Virus record (IMG/VR): IMGVR_UViG_3300047546_001263
Location: 1-64,000 of that record
Reading direction: 5' to 3' (one strand)
Origin: a virus
DNA: 64,000 nucleotides
Part shown: piece after piece, positions 56,097 to 64,000 of the stretch
Layout: each line of letters begins with the position of its first letter
Numbering within the stretch: the first letter of the stretch is position 1
The notes under the pieces: generated by a model
The model's database searches: none
What the model was told of the DNA's origin: nothing
What the model saw: the letters and a program-made list of their open reading frames with translations, nothing else
Made by a program: the position numbers and the translations under genes

Positions 56097-59000
56097 TTAC
56101 GTATTGGTAGCAGCTACAGCTAATGTACCGCCTACCTTTCTACCGTCCATATTGATATTCTTACCTTGTTTAACTGCAACAATTAATTCGTCGATTTTTG
56201 CAATAAGTTTCTCATTACTTTCTGATTTTCCTGATTCTTCTCCACCACCGGCGATACCTGAAATCATATCTCCTATTGCACCTGCAGCGGCTATTGCTGG
56301 AGCAGCGAAAGCTGTAGTCATTATCAGACCTTGCATTTCATCTAATTTCTCAGTATCCATTGTTGCTAAAGCAGCTCCAATTCCACCTAAAGCGGCAGCT
56401 ATTGCTGTTAAAGAACCAGCTACTGATTGTAATGGACCGGCCATTGCTGCTAAATTCTGAAGATCTTCCATTATTCCACCACCTGTAAACAATGATGTAA
56501 GTCCTGATACTAAACTTCCGCCTGCTAAAGCTGCGGCAAAGACTGCTAATCCTCCTGCAGCTGCTATTAATCCAACACCCGCCATCATTAAACCAGGCCC
56601 CATTTCAGCTAACATTGAAAGCTTATCAACTACTCCTTGTATATCTGCTCCGGCCATAATACCAAATGCTGTTGCTGCTGGTATCAAAGCTAAACCTAAT
56701 ACTGTTAATGCAGCAGCGCCTGCCATTATAAATGGAGCTACGAATCCTAATCCTGCAGTAGCTAATGCTAATAAAGGTAGTGCAATTGAGAATGCCATAA
56801 TTGAAGCTGTATCTACCCCCTGTAATAAACTAAAGGCGAATGCTGCTGGTATCATCGCCATAGCTAATATACCTATTGCGGCGGCTCCTGCTAATACCAT
56901 TGGACCTGTCATTCCAATAAGTGCTGCTGCTCCTCCTAATACTACTAAACTAGCTACCATGGCTGTTATTGCCATTGGATCAACAGAACCTAGTAAACTA
57001 AATGCATAGGCTGCCGGAATCATAGCTAGTGCTAATACTCCTATTGCAGCTGCGCCTGCTAATACCATTGGACCTGTCATACCCATTATCGCGGCGGCTG
57101 CTCCTAATGCTATTAAACTTCCTGTCATAGCTATAACTGCCATTGGGTCTACGCTTCCTAAAAGGCTAAATGCATAAGCTGCTGGTATTAAAGCTAATGC
57201 TAAGATACCTAGAGCTAATGCTCCCATAATTATCTGTCCTCCTAAGTTACCCATAAGAGCTGCAGCGATACCTAAAGCTATTAAGCTTCCAGATAAAGCA
57301 ACTACTGACATTGGATCAACTCCTGCCATAAGACTAAATGCATAAGCTGCTGGGATCAAGGCAACGCCTGCTATACCCATTGCTATAGCTCCTTTGATTG
57401 CGTCATTTCCTAACTTACCTACTAATGCTAACGAAGCTCCAAAAATTCCTATAGAACCGGCAAATGCTAACATAGTGACTGGATCAACATCTTGTACCAT
57501 TTTAAGTGCTAATGCAAATGAACCGCCTAGTGCTAGACCGGCAATACCTAATGCTAATGCACCTTTTACCACATCGCCAAACTGTTTACCAATTGAAGCT
57601 AAACCGTCGCCAAGTCCTTTTAAAAATCCACCTGGTCCGTCACCTTTTGCATCTTTTGTTTTATCTGCTAAATCACCTGTTTGGTCTGCGGCTTTTTCTG
57701 TTAACTTATCTTTTGCTTTACTAGCTACATCAGCAGCCTTATCTTTACCTTTACCTAATAACTTATCTTTTAATCCACCTGCCATCTTACCTATGCCGCC
57801 AAAATTCTTTTTTAGGTTTTCAAAGAATCCTCCAGCAACTGATGGATTAAATGCGTCTTTGAGAGATTTTGCAATCAGTAAAATACCTCCTCCAACAGCA
57901 AGTTTAGTTACTATTGATAATATTTCTCCAAAAGTACCTCCAATTCCTTTCAATGCATCAGCCCATTTCATTAAGTAACCTATAGGGGTTGCAATCATTC
58001 TGATTATAGTACCTAATACCTCTGCTATCGGTACTAGTATTTCCAACATAGGGGCAATAGCTTGTGAAAGTTTATCTAGAGATTTTTGAAGATTCTCTTG
58101 AATATCCATTCGTTTTGACTCTTCTAAAGTCACCCCTCTAATCTTTGCTTTTTCTTCATCTGACATTCCGTTAAGTATTCCTTTCTGGATAGCCATTTCA
58201 GCTAGCTGGTCTCTAGACATTCCTAAAGATTTAGCATATGCTTCTTGTTGAATTCGATTCATCTTACCGAATTCCGTTACATCTTGAGCATTTTTAAATA
58301 ACTCATTAGCAACTCCTTCTATATCATTAGACAAAGCTAACTCTCTAGCTTTGTTTAAATTTAATTCTTTACCTGTTAATAATTCTGCTTCCATCTCAGC
58401 AGCGATAGAATCTTCGAAATTTAGCAAACCGTCCATTATACCTTCCATATCCTTCAACTCCATACCAATCTTACGAGCAGCAGCTGCGGCTTTTGCTAAA
58501 CCTCCTGGATATTGTGAGAACTGAGCTTGTACTGCTTTACTTGCCTTACCCATATCTCGGATTACTTGAGTACTAGATACTGCAGAATCTGTTGTATTGT
58601 TAAATTCATCTGTTGCAGCTTGTACTTGGCTTTCTAAACCTTCCATAGACATACCTGCAAGTTTAGCATTAACTGCTAACATACCAGCGTTTTCCGCAGA
58701 AAGTCCTAATTCGTTTTTAAGTCCGGCTGCTGCTGCTACAAGATCTGGTCCTAACGCTACTACAGCATTAGTTCCTATCTGAGTAGATAGTTCACCAGCT
58801 GTTTGTAAAAAATCCACTGATGTAGCAAGTTCTGAGTTTGCACCAGCTAGAGCGTCAGCATTCATACCTGTTTGCTGTTGGAACTTAGTTCCGGCTTTGT
58901 TCAACTCAAAGAAACTACTTACTATTTTTCCTAGTACTACAGCAGGATCTGTTAATCCTTTTGCAAGTGTACCTATAAGGGGACCTAATCCCTTCATAGC

Positions 59001-59834
59001 TACTTCCATTTTAGAAACTTCCTTACCTGAACGAGCTGCCTCATCGGCAAACTCTTCCATAGCTTTTTCAGCTTTACTAAGACCATCGGATACTGATGTG
59101 CTATCGAAACCTAATTTTGACATCAATCCACCAGCACTTTTTACAAGATCCCCTGTGATACCCATTTTTTCATTGATATCTTTTTGAATCTCTCCTTCTT
59201 TTGTAGTTATGTCAACATTTTTTTGAGCCTGTTGAACTAACTGTGTTGCTAGTGATAAACGTTGAGTATCTGCATCAGCTAGTTTTAAATGTGTATCTAA
59301 ACTAGATTCTACAGATGCTAATTGATCTTCTCTCTTAGCTATATCCTCTTTTAACTTCTTTGCTGCTTCCTCATCAGCTGTTGCAAGCTTATCATACAGA
59401 TCATCGATTTCTGAAATGATTTCTTGACGTTTGAGCTGAGCTTTTGCTATTTTATCAGCTGCTTGTATTTGTACAGCATTTAACCCTTTGGCATTTATTA
59501 ACTGTTCTCTTCTAGCGCTTTCTAAAATTTTCTCGTTTTTGAGAATTTCTTTAGATATTTCTTTATTACGACCTAACTCTACTGCGTTTTTTTGAGCTTG
59601 TGTAGTGATATCTCTTGATAATCCTAATAATGCCTTATCGTAGTCGTTTCTCTGTCTAGAAAGTCCTAGCATATCACGAAGCTCCTGACCTAGATTTCTA
59701 GTCTGTTCTGTTGTTTCAGCAGCTATTTTTCTACCTAATTCAAGAAATTTATTCTCTTCAGCTGAAAGACGATTAGTCTCAGCTTTAGCTTTATTAAGAT
59801 CTTGTTGGTTCTTTATGTCGTCTTTATTAGCCAT
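56097..59834 (-). CDS. tail tape measure protein
   Basis: 1245 aa helical/Ala-Gly rich; follows tube and chaperone; LLNFEDSI.AE.EAELLTG. Confidence 0.88.
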   Translation of the reverse strand: MANKDDIKNQQDLNKAKAETNRLSAEENKFLELGRKIAAETTEQTRNLGQELRDMLGLSRQRNDYDKALLGLSRDITTQAQKNAVELGRNKEISKEILKNEKILESARREQLINAKGLNAVQIQAADKIAKAQLKRQEIISEIDDLYDKLATADEEAAKKLKEDIAKREDQLASVESSLDTHLKLADADTQRLSLATQLVQQAQKNVDITTKEGEIQKDINEKMGITGDLVKSAGGLMSKLGFDSTSVSDGLSKAEKAMEEFADEAARSGKEVSKMEVAMKGLGPLIGTLAKGLTDPAVVLGKIVSSFFELNKAGTKFQQQTGMNADALAGANSELATSVDFLQTAGELSTQIGTNAVVALGPDLVAAAAGLKNELGLSAENAGMLAVNAKLAGMSMEGLESQVQAATDEFNNTTDSAVSSTQVIRDMGKASKAVQAQFSQYPGGLAKAAAAARKIGMELKDMEGIMDGLLNFEDSIAAEMEAELLTGKELNLNKARELALSNDIEGVANELFKNAQDVTEFGKMNRIQQEAYAKSLGMSRDQLAEMAIQKGILNGMSDEEKAKIRGVTLEESKRMDIQENLQKSLDKLSQAIAPMLEILVPIAEVLGTIIRMIATPIGYLMKWADALKGIGGTFGEILSIVTKLAVGGGILLIAKSLKDAFNPSVAGGFFENLKKNFGGIGKMAGGLKDKLLGKGKDKAADVASKAKDKLTEKAADQTGDLADKTKDAKGDGPGGFLKGLGDGLASIGKQFGDVVKGALALGIAGLALGGSFALALKMVQDVDPVTMLAFAGSIGIFGASLALVGKLGNDAIKGAIAMGIAGVALIPAAYAFSLMAGVDPMSVVALSGSLIALGIAAALMGNLGGQIIMGALALGILALALIPAAYAFSLLGSVDPMAVIAMTGSLIALGAAAAIMGMTGPMVLAGAAAIGVLALAMIPAAYAFSLLGSVDPMAITAMVASLVVLGGAAALIGMTGPMVLAGAAAIGILAMAMIPAAFAFSLLQGVDTASIMAFSIALPLLALATAGLGFVAPFIMAGAAALTVLGLALIPAATAFGIMAGADIQGVVDKLSMLAEMGPGLMMAGVGLIAAAGGLAVFAAALAGGSLVSGLTSLFTGGGIMEDLQNLAAMAGPLQSVAGSLTAIAAALGGIGAALATMDTEKLDEMQGLIMTTAFAAPAIAAAGAIGDMISGIAGGGEESGKSESNEKLIAKIDELIVAVKQGKNINMDGRKVGGTLAVAATNT
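56660..57540. repeat. 56-codon (168-bp) hydrophobic repeats in tape measure, about 5 copies (ends approximate)
   Basis: ALIPAAYAFSL..VDPM recurs every 56 aa. Confidence 0.8.
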
Positions 59835-59875
59835 TAATAGAGTTACTTATATTATATAAATAGGTAAAGCTCGCT

Positions 59876-60136
59876 TTATGGGCGAGCCTTAGTACTATAA
59901 GATGGTTTTCTTACTGCAGGTCCTTTTGGAGCTGATTTGCTAGGTGCTTTACTCTTAGCTTTATTCATAGCTTCCTGTTCCTTTTCGTAATATTCATTCA
60001 TTTTTTGATAAGTGAAATTACGTAACCATATAGGCATTGCATAAACAGTATCATGATCATACCCTCCCTTTCCGTGGAAAACTATTTCATGAATCTGATT
60101 GAAGATGCTTGCTCTATACGTTGGCGTCAGGCCAAA
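59876..60136 (-). CDS. tail assembly chaperone C-terminal segment, probably reached by frameshift
   Basis: FFGLT..YR..IF.QIHEIVFHG.GG....VYAMPIWLR; no in-frame ATG before this segment; overlaps upstream gene end. Confidence 0.6.
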   Translation of the reverse strand, partial: FGLTPTYRASIFNQIHEIVFHGKGGYDHDTVYAMPIWLRNFTYQKMNEYYEKEQEAMNKAKSKAPSKSAPKGPAVRKPSYSTKARP

Positions 60137-60854
60137 GAAAGTTAACCCCGATTGGAATGTCAACCCCTCCTTCTGGTCCATTTTCAGGATAGAATCTCAA
60201 ATCTACATCTGGTTGAAATTCTGCAACATATTTTCTGAATGCACGTGTATCTCTCGCTAGGAAATGGTTGTCTACGAAATCTCTAATACTCTTAGAATCG
60301 TTAGCTCCATTTACAGAAGTAATCATGTGTTTTAACCTAGTTGATAATTCTGGAGAAGAGTCTTTATGTATCTTCTTAAGTCCTTTTACTTCTTGTTGAA
60401 TTTTTTGTTCATCACCATGAGTAAGTAACTTAAAAGTAATTGTGTTGCCAGTAGAAGGTAATTCGAAAGAAAATTCATTCTTTCTATCTTGGAATAAACT
60501 TTCATCAAAAACTTTATTCTCAATTAAAGATAAATCTACAGTCTCAACCTGTCCTTGATAATTGAATTCATAATCTTTACCGTACCCTAGTACTCTTGCT
60601 GCAATTAAGATAGCATTCTTGTCACCTACTAAAAGATCATCATAGTTAAACTTGGTTACAATCAAAGACTGTAATAGCTTATCAATTACTACTCCTCTTT
60701 CAATAAAGCCTTGGTTAGTTAAGATGTCCTCTTCTTTAGCTGTCATGTACTTCATTTCTACTGTACCTGATGCTAGTGGATGGTCTATCGGGTAAAGTAA
60801 CCCTTTAGAAGGTAGGTCTACAATTTCTGTAGGGAATTTTTGTGCTTGTTCCAT
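60114..60854 (-). CDS. tail/baseplate assembly chaperone (T4 gp26-like)
   Basis: LPSKG, MTAKEEDIL, GDKNAILIAAR..YG, ends NFLWP. Confidence 0.8.
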   Translation of the reverse strand: MEQAQKFPTEIVDLPSKGLLYPIDHPLASGTVEMKYMTAKEEDILTNQGFIERGVVIDKLLQSLIVTKFNYDDLLVGDKNAILIAARVLGYGKDYEFNYQGQVETVDLSLIENKVFDESLFQDRKNEFSFELPSTGNTITFKLLTHGDEQKIQQEVKGLKKIHKDSSPELSTRLKHMITSVNGANDSKSIRDFVDNHFLARDTRAFRKYVAEFQPDVDLRFYPENGPEGGVDIPIGVNFLWPDANV

Positions 60855-60882
60855 AAATTTTATTTTGAATAACGTTATTTCA

Positions 60883-60916
60883 TATAAATATACGAAAAAT
60901 AACTTTTGATAACAAC
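60883..60916 (-). promoter_or_regulatory. overlapping class A and class B promoter motifs
   Basis: GTTGttatcaaaagttatttTTCGTATATTTATA. Confidence 0.65.
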
Positions 60917-60945
60917 AAAAAACCCGGAAATATTTCTCCGGGTTC
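60917..60945 (-). terminator. intrinsic terminator after tail tube gene
   Basis: AACCCGG-agaaatattt-CCGGGTT followed by a T run. Confidence 0.85.
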
Positions 60946-60968
60946 TTTTTTTATATATTTCAGGCAGA

Positions 60969-61454
60969 TTAGTAGTTAAGTACGCAGTAGTCCATCGCTA
61001 CAGTAATTGTTAATTCAACACCATCGCTAGTTGACCAGTCCAAAGAACCTTGGGCCATGTTTACGATAAATGCTCCTTTAACAATCCACTCTGATACGAT
61101 ATCACCTACTGGACCTAAAAGATTCAAAGTCAAATCTTTTTTATAGAAATCTGAATAACCAGCTCTACCGGTTACTGATTCGTATGATTGACGAGCCCAG
61201 TCCATTACTGCTTGAGCGCCTGATGGGTTAATTGGATCGTACAATGTCATATCCATGTTTTCCCAGTTTCTTTTCCCACGAATCTTTCTATAAGAGTTGA
61301 TGTGATCTAATTTGATCTCCTCATCTGTGAAAGATGGTGCAGTTACCGCCTTAACCATGAATGATGGTATAGCGTCACTGTATAGGATAAATCTATTCTG
61401 TACCTTCGGTTCGAAGGCTCTGAACATAATTTCGTTAGAATCTAATACTGCCAT
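60969..61454 (-). CDS. tail tube protein (gp19-like)
   Basis: FEPKVQNRF, LYDPI.PSGAQAVMDW, YSDFYKK, MDYCVLNY. Confidence 0.9.
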   Translation of the reverse strand: MAVLDSNEIMFRAFEPKVQNRFILYSDAIPSFMVKAVTAPSFTDEEIKLDHINSYRKIRGKRNWENMDMTLYDPINPSGAQAVMDWARQSYESVTGRAGYSDFYKKDLTLNLLGPVGDIVSEWIVKGAFIVNMAQGSLDWSTSDGVELTITVAMDYCVLNY

Positions 61455-61491
61455 TTTATTATCTGTTTTATATAAATATCAATTATTTTAA

Positions 61492-63237
61492 TTATGCTAC
61501 AAATGTTGCACCTGTTGGTTCAATTGTGAAGTCAAGTACTACGAATTCTGCAGTCTTAGCTGGTTGGATAAAGATCTGACCAACAATCTGATTTCTGTCT
61601 ACGATATCAGCTGTGTTGTTAGAGTCATCCATTACAACTCTGTAAGCATATAAACCTTGACGTTGAACTACTGATTCTAAGTAAGGGTTAACGATTGCTA
61701 AGAATTTGTTTCTTGTAGCTATTGTGTTTTGTTCGAATACTAAGTTATTTGCCTGACCACCGATGAAGCGTTTCAATTCGATTAATAAACGGCGAACGTT
61801 TACTCTATCTAAAGCTGAAGCTTTCTTCTGTAAAGTCTTCTGACCGTATACTGCAATACCTTGTCCAGGGAATGTAGCAATTGGGTTAACATTAGAGCGA
61901 TATAATAAATCACGTTGCTCACGGCTAACTTTACGTTCTGCTTGGATTACGTTAGGAATACCTCCCTTAACTAAACCTGCTGGAGCAAACCATGGAGCTG
62001 CTGCACTATCAGTGAAGGCATACACACCTGGGATAACTGTTGAAGCAGGAACCCATTCGTTCTTACCTGTAGCAGATTGTGTTTGTAACCAAGGCCAGTA
62101 AGCTGCTGCATAAGAAGAGTTTACTGTACCAGCTGCTGCTGTTACGTTTGATACTGTAGCACCGTATTGTTCTAAATCAATTACTGCAATTGCATCTCCT
62201 CTACCCTCTACTAATGAGATGATAGAATCTAATTGTGTCTTATGAGTACCGAAGTCATAGATAAGACCTGGAGCAGTAACGATATTAAATTGATACTCGT
62301 CTTTATTATTTAAGATTGAGATAGCGTCTGCATAGTTGCTAGCTACTAAACCTTGTGTATCTGTATTACTAATGTTCTTGAAGAACTTAGCTACTTTTCC
62401 TGTTGGGAATGCTGTTCCGGTTGCATTGTAGAATGAACCTGATTGAGCTACTGGTAAATAGTTGTTGTAGCTATTGTTTACTGTAACGCCGTCGTTAGCT
62501 AAGTAGTTAAGTGTAGGATGATTTACTGCTTTAACTCTAATATAGTTAGATTTATTAGCATACTCTCCTGTTACTGATACGAATACTTCTGAACCCTCTA
62601 CTGTTTTAGAAACAGCTTGGTTACCGATTACTCTTTCAATGTAGTTTTCTGAGTTTGGATCTAAAGATAAATCGTTGAAAGTTTCTAAGATAATCTTATT
62701 CTTTCTACTATCATCACCTCTACGTACTAACAATGAGAATGTACCAGAACTACTATTAACGTTTGTAATTTCAAATCTGATATTATCAGCTTTACCTAAA
62801 GCGATTGAACCATCTGCATTATGAGCTGCTGTTGTATGAGCAGATCCTGTAGCGTTATTGTAGATATCACCTTTACCTATTGTTTCTAATTTGAAAGGAT
62901 TAGTGATAGATCCACCTACTGTAATTAAAGTTGTGTTCTCTGCTGCTGTATAAGAGCCAGATACTACTCTAGTAACTAATGCTGTGTTTCCTCCTTGTTC
63001 AAAGTAACTCTTTACTGCGATTGATGTTAAATACTCATAGCTATTAGAACCAGAAGTAATTGTGGTTCCAAATAATCTTTGGTACTGTCCGTAAGAAGTT
63101 ACTACTGTAGGTTGCTCTACCGGGCCTTTTACTGTTGGACCAATAAACGCTGCACCTACTGCAGCCGCTTGTGGTTGGATAAACGAAATATCATTTTCTC
63201 TCGTTAATACACCTGGTGAAATTAATGTTTCTGCCAT
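61492..63237 (-). CDS. tail sheath protein
   Basis: LISPGV..REND, GPTVKGP, WFAPAG, GQKTLQ..SALDRVNVRRLL. Confidence 0.95.
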   Translation of the reverse strand: MAETLISPGVLTRENDISFIQPQAAAVGAAFIGPTVKGPVEQPTVVTSYGQYQRLFGTTITSGSNSYEYLTSIAVKSYFEQGGNTALVTRVVSGSYTAAENTTLITVGGSITNPFKLETIGKGDIYNNATGSAHTTAAHNADGSIALGKADNIRFEITNVNSSSGTFSLLVRRGDDSRKNKIILETFNDLSLDPNSENYIERVIGNQAVSKTVEGSEVFVSVTGEYANKSNYIRVKAVNHPTLNYLANDGVTVNNSYNNYLPVAQSGSFYNATGTAFPTGKVAKFFKNISNTDTQGLVASNYADAISILNNKDEYQFNIVTAPGLIYDFGTHKTQLDSIISLVEGRGDAIAVIDLEQYGATVSNVTAAAGTVNSSYAAAYWPWLQTQSATGKNEWVPASTVIPGVYAFTDSAAAPWFAPAGLVKGGIPNVIQAERKVSREQRDLLYRSNVNPIATFPGQGIAVYGQKTLQKKASALDRVNVRRLLIELKRFIGGQANNLVFEQNTIATRNKFLAIVNPYLESVVQRQGLYAYRVVMDDSNNTADIVDRNQIVGQIFIQPAKTAEFVVLDFTIEPTGATFVA

Positions 63238-63365
63238 GTCTCTATTATTTGTTAGTTGGGTTCTAAAATAAATATCTTAATAAATTCGAAACCCTTTTCA
63301 AAAGATTTAATTTAACTACGTATATAAATAGGTGTATTCGGCTGAAACACTCTACTCATTATTTT

Positions 63366-63623
63366 TTAAGCTTCTGTTATATCTCCTGTTTCTAAATTAA
63401 GGTGGACTTTCTGAAATCCGTATTTAATTTGTAAATCTGAAGCTATATTTTTTTCTGCTTCCTTCAAAGAATTATAAAAATTTTCAGCTGCTTGTCTGCG
63501 AGTATTCAATTCAAATTCTGCTAACGAAATAGCTGCTAATTCTTCGTTTAATTTAATCTTTTGAGTCTGTATCATTTTGATACTATCAATCTCTTCTTGT
63601 TGTAACTTTTGATCTGTTGACAT
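63366..63623 (-). CDS. hypothetical coiled-coil protein
   Basis: KYG...LNLETG C-terminus. Confidence 0.6.
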   Translation of the reverse strand: MSTDQKLQQEEIDSIKMIQTQKIKLNEELAAISLAEFELNTRRQAAENFYNSLKEAEKNIASDLQIKYGFQKVHLNLETGDITEA

Positions 63624-63634
63624 TTTTATAACTT

Positions 63635-64000
63635 TTAGTTTTTACAATTTGGTAATTTGAGAGTTAGGTCTTGTATTATTCCTAGCTTTCTTTCTTTTAT
63701 ATAATTAGTCCAAAGGATGCTCCCTTCGTACTTTTGTGTATACTTTTTTTCAAGATAAGAATTAAGTGCATATATATCATCAAAAAAATCAGTATAACTT
63801 CTTTTAAATAACTTCTCAATTCCTTCTGGGTAAGTAGTAAACATTCTCTCGTCTAATGTCTTATATAGATATCTTCCGTATATAAAGTCTTCTTTCTTTC
63901 TTCCATTTAATAAAGGGTGTGCATGAATAGCTGCTTCTTGAAAATACTGCTCTACATTCTTATCGTATTCTATACGTCTTGTTTCTAAGTCTGGTTTAAA
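63635..64000 (-). CDS. hypothetical protein, 5' end outside window
   Basis: Frame of the 63635-63844 track ORF stays open to the window edge (FKPDLETRRIEY...). Confidence 0.6.
   Translation of the reverse strand, partial: FKPDLETRRIEYDKNVEQYFQEAAIHAHPLLNGRKKEDFIYGRYLYKTLDERMFTTYPEGIEKLFKRSYTDFFDDIYALNSYLEKKYTQKYEGSILWTNYIKERKLGIIQDLTLKLPNCKN

Noticed and set aside
10454-59187. Plus-strand and nested ORFs in the track (e.g. 10467, 21324, 26394, 40074, 41999, 54878, 56104, 57394, 58897, and minus-strand 10454, 17061, 19198)
   Set aside because: Antisense or off-frame shadows of well-supported minus-strand genes, with no recognisable motifs
773-63330. TATAAATA as T4-type late promoters firing on the + strand
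   Set aside because: No plus-strand genes follow them; placement fits the reverse-complement motif upstream of minus-strand starts
1-64000. Stop-codon reassignment
   Set aside because: Long genes translate intact in the standard code, TAA/TAG/TGA all end genes, and no suppressor tRNA was seen

Overview
This 64 kb window is part of a large dsDNA tailed phage with a contractile tail (sheath, tube, tape measure, baseplate). It is AT-rich, uses the standard code, and essentially all real genes are on the minus strand. The host is most likely Bacteroidota, based on TTG-N~20-TAnnTT promoters, A-rich leaders with no obvious Shine-Dalgarno, a tmRNA tag ending YAVAA, and T9SS-CTD-like lipoproteins. 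Modules in coordinate order: (1) GroES, Hsp20 and PolA. (2) A 7-deazaguanine DNA-modification cluster (folE, queD, queE, queC, queF, DpdA/TGT-like, formyltransferase, PRTase, kinase, MazG-like), whose folE and queD/queE leaders each carry a near-identical 30-nt element matching a class I preQ1 riboswitch. (3) An RNA island with five tRNAs, a tmRNA, a ~860-nt GOLLD-like RNA, a 169-nt expanded tRNA-like RNA and an unassigned pseudoknotted RNA. (4) A ~10-gene block of exported proteins (CsgG-like, beta-barrel-like, cohesin/dockerin/C-type lectin). (5) Three Pro/Thr/Ala/Ser-rich proteins next to a prolyl-4-hydroxylase, eukaryote-like protein O-glycosyltransferases, a GDP-mannose epimerase and carbamoyltransferases, which together suggest a phage hydroxyproline-rich glycoprotein pathway. 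(6) RNR and T4-like replication genes plus a second, divergent PolA. (7) Tail morphogenesis genes with a probable +1 chaperone frameshift. All family assignments come from motif recognition by eye; no database searches were run.
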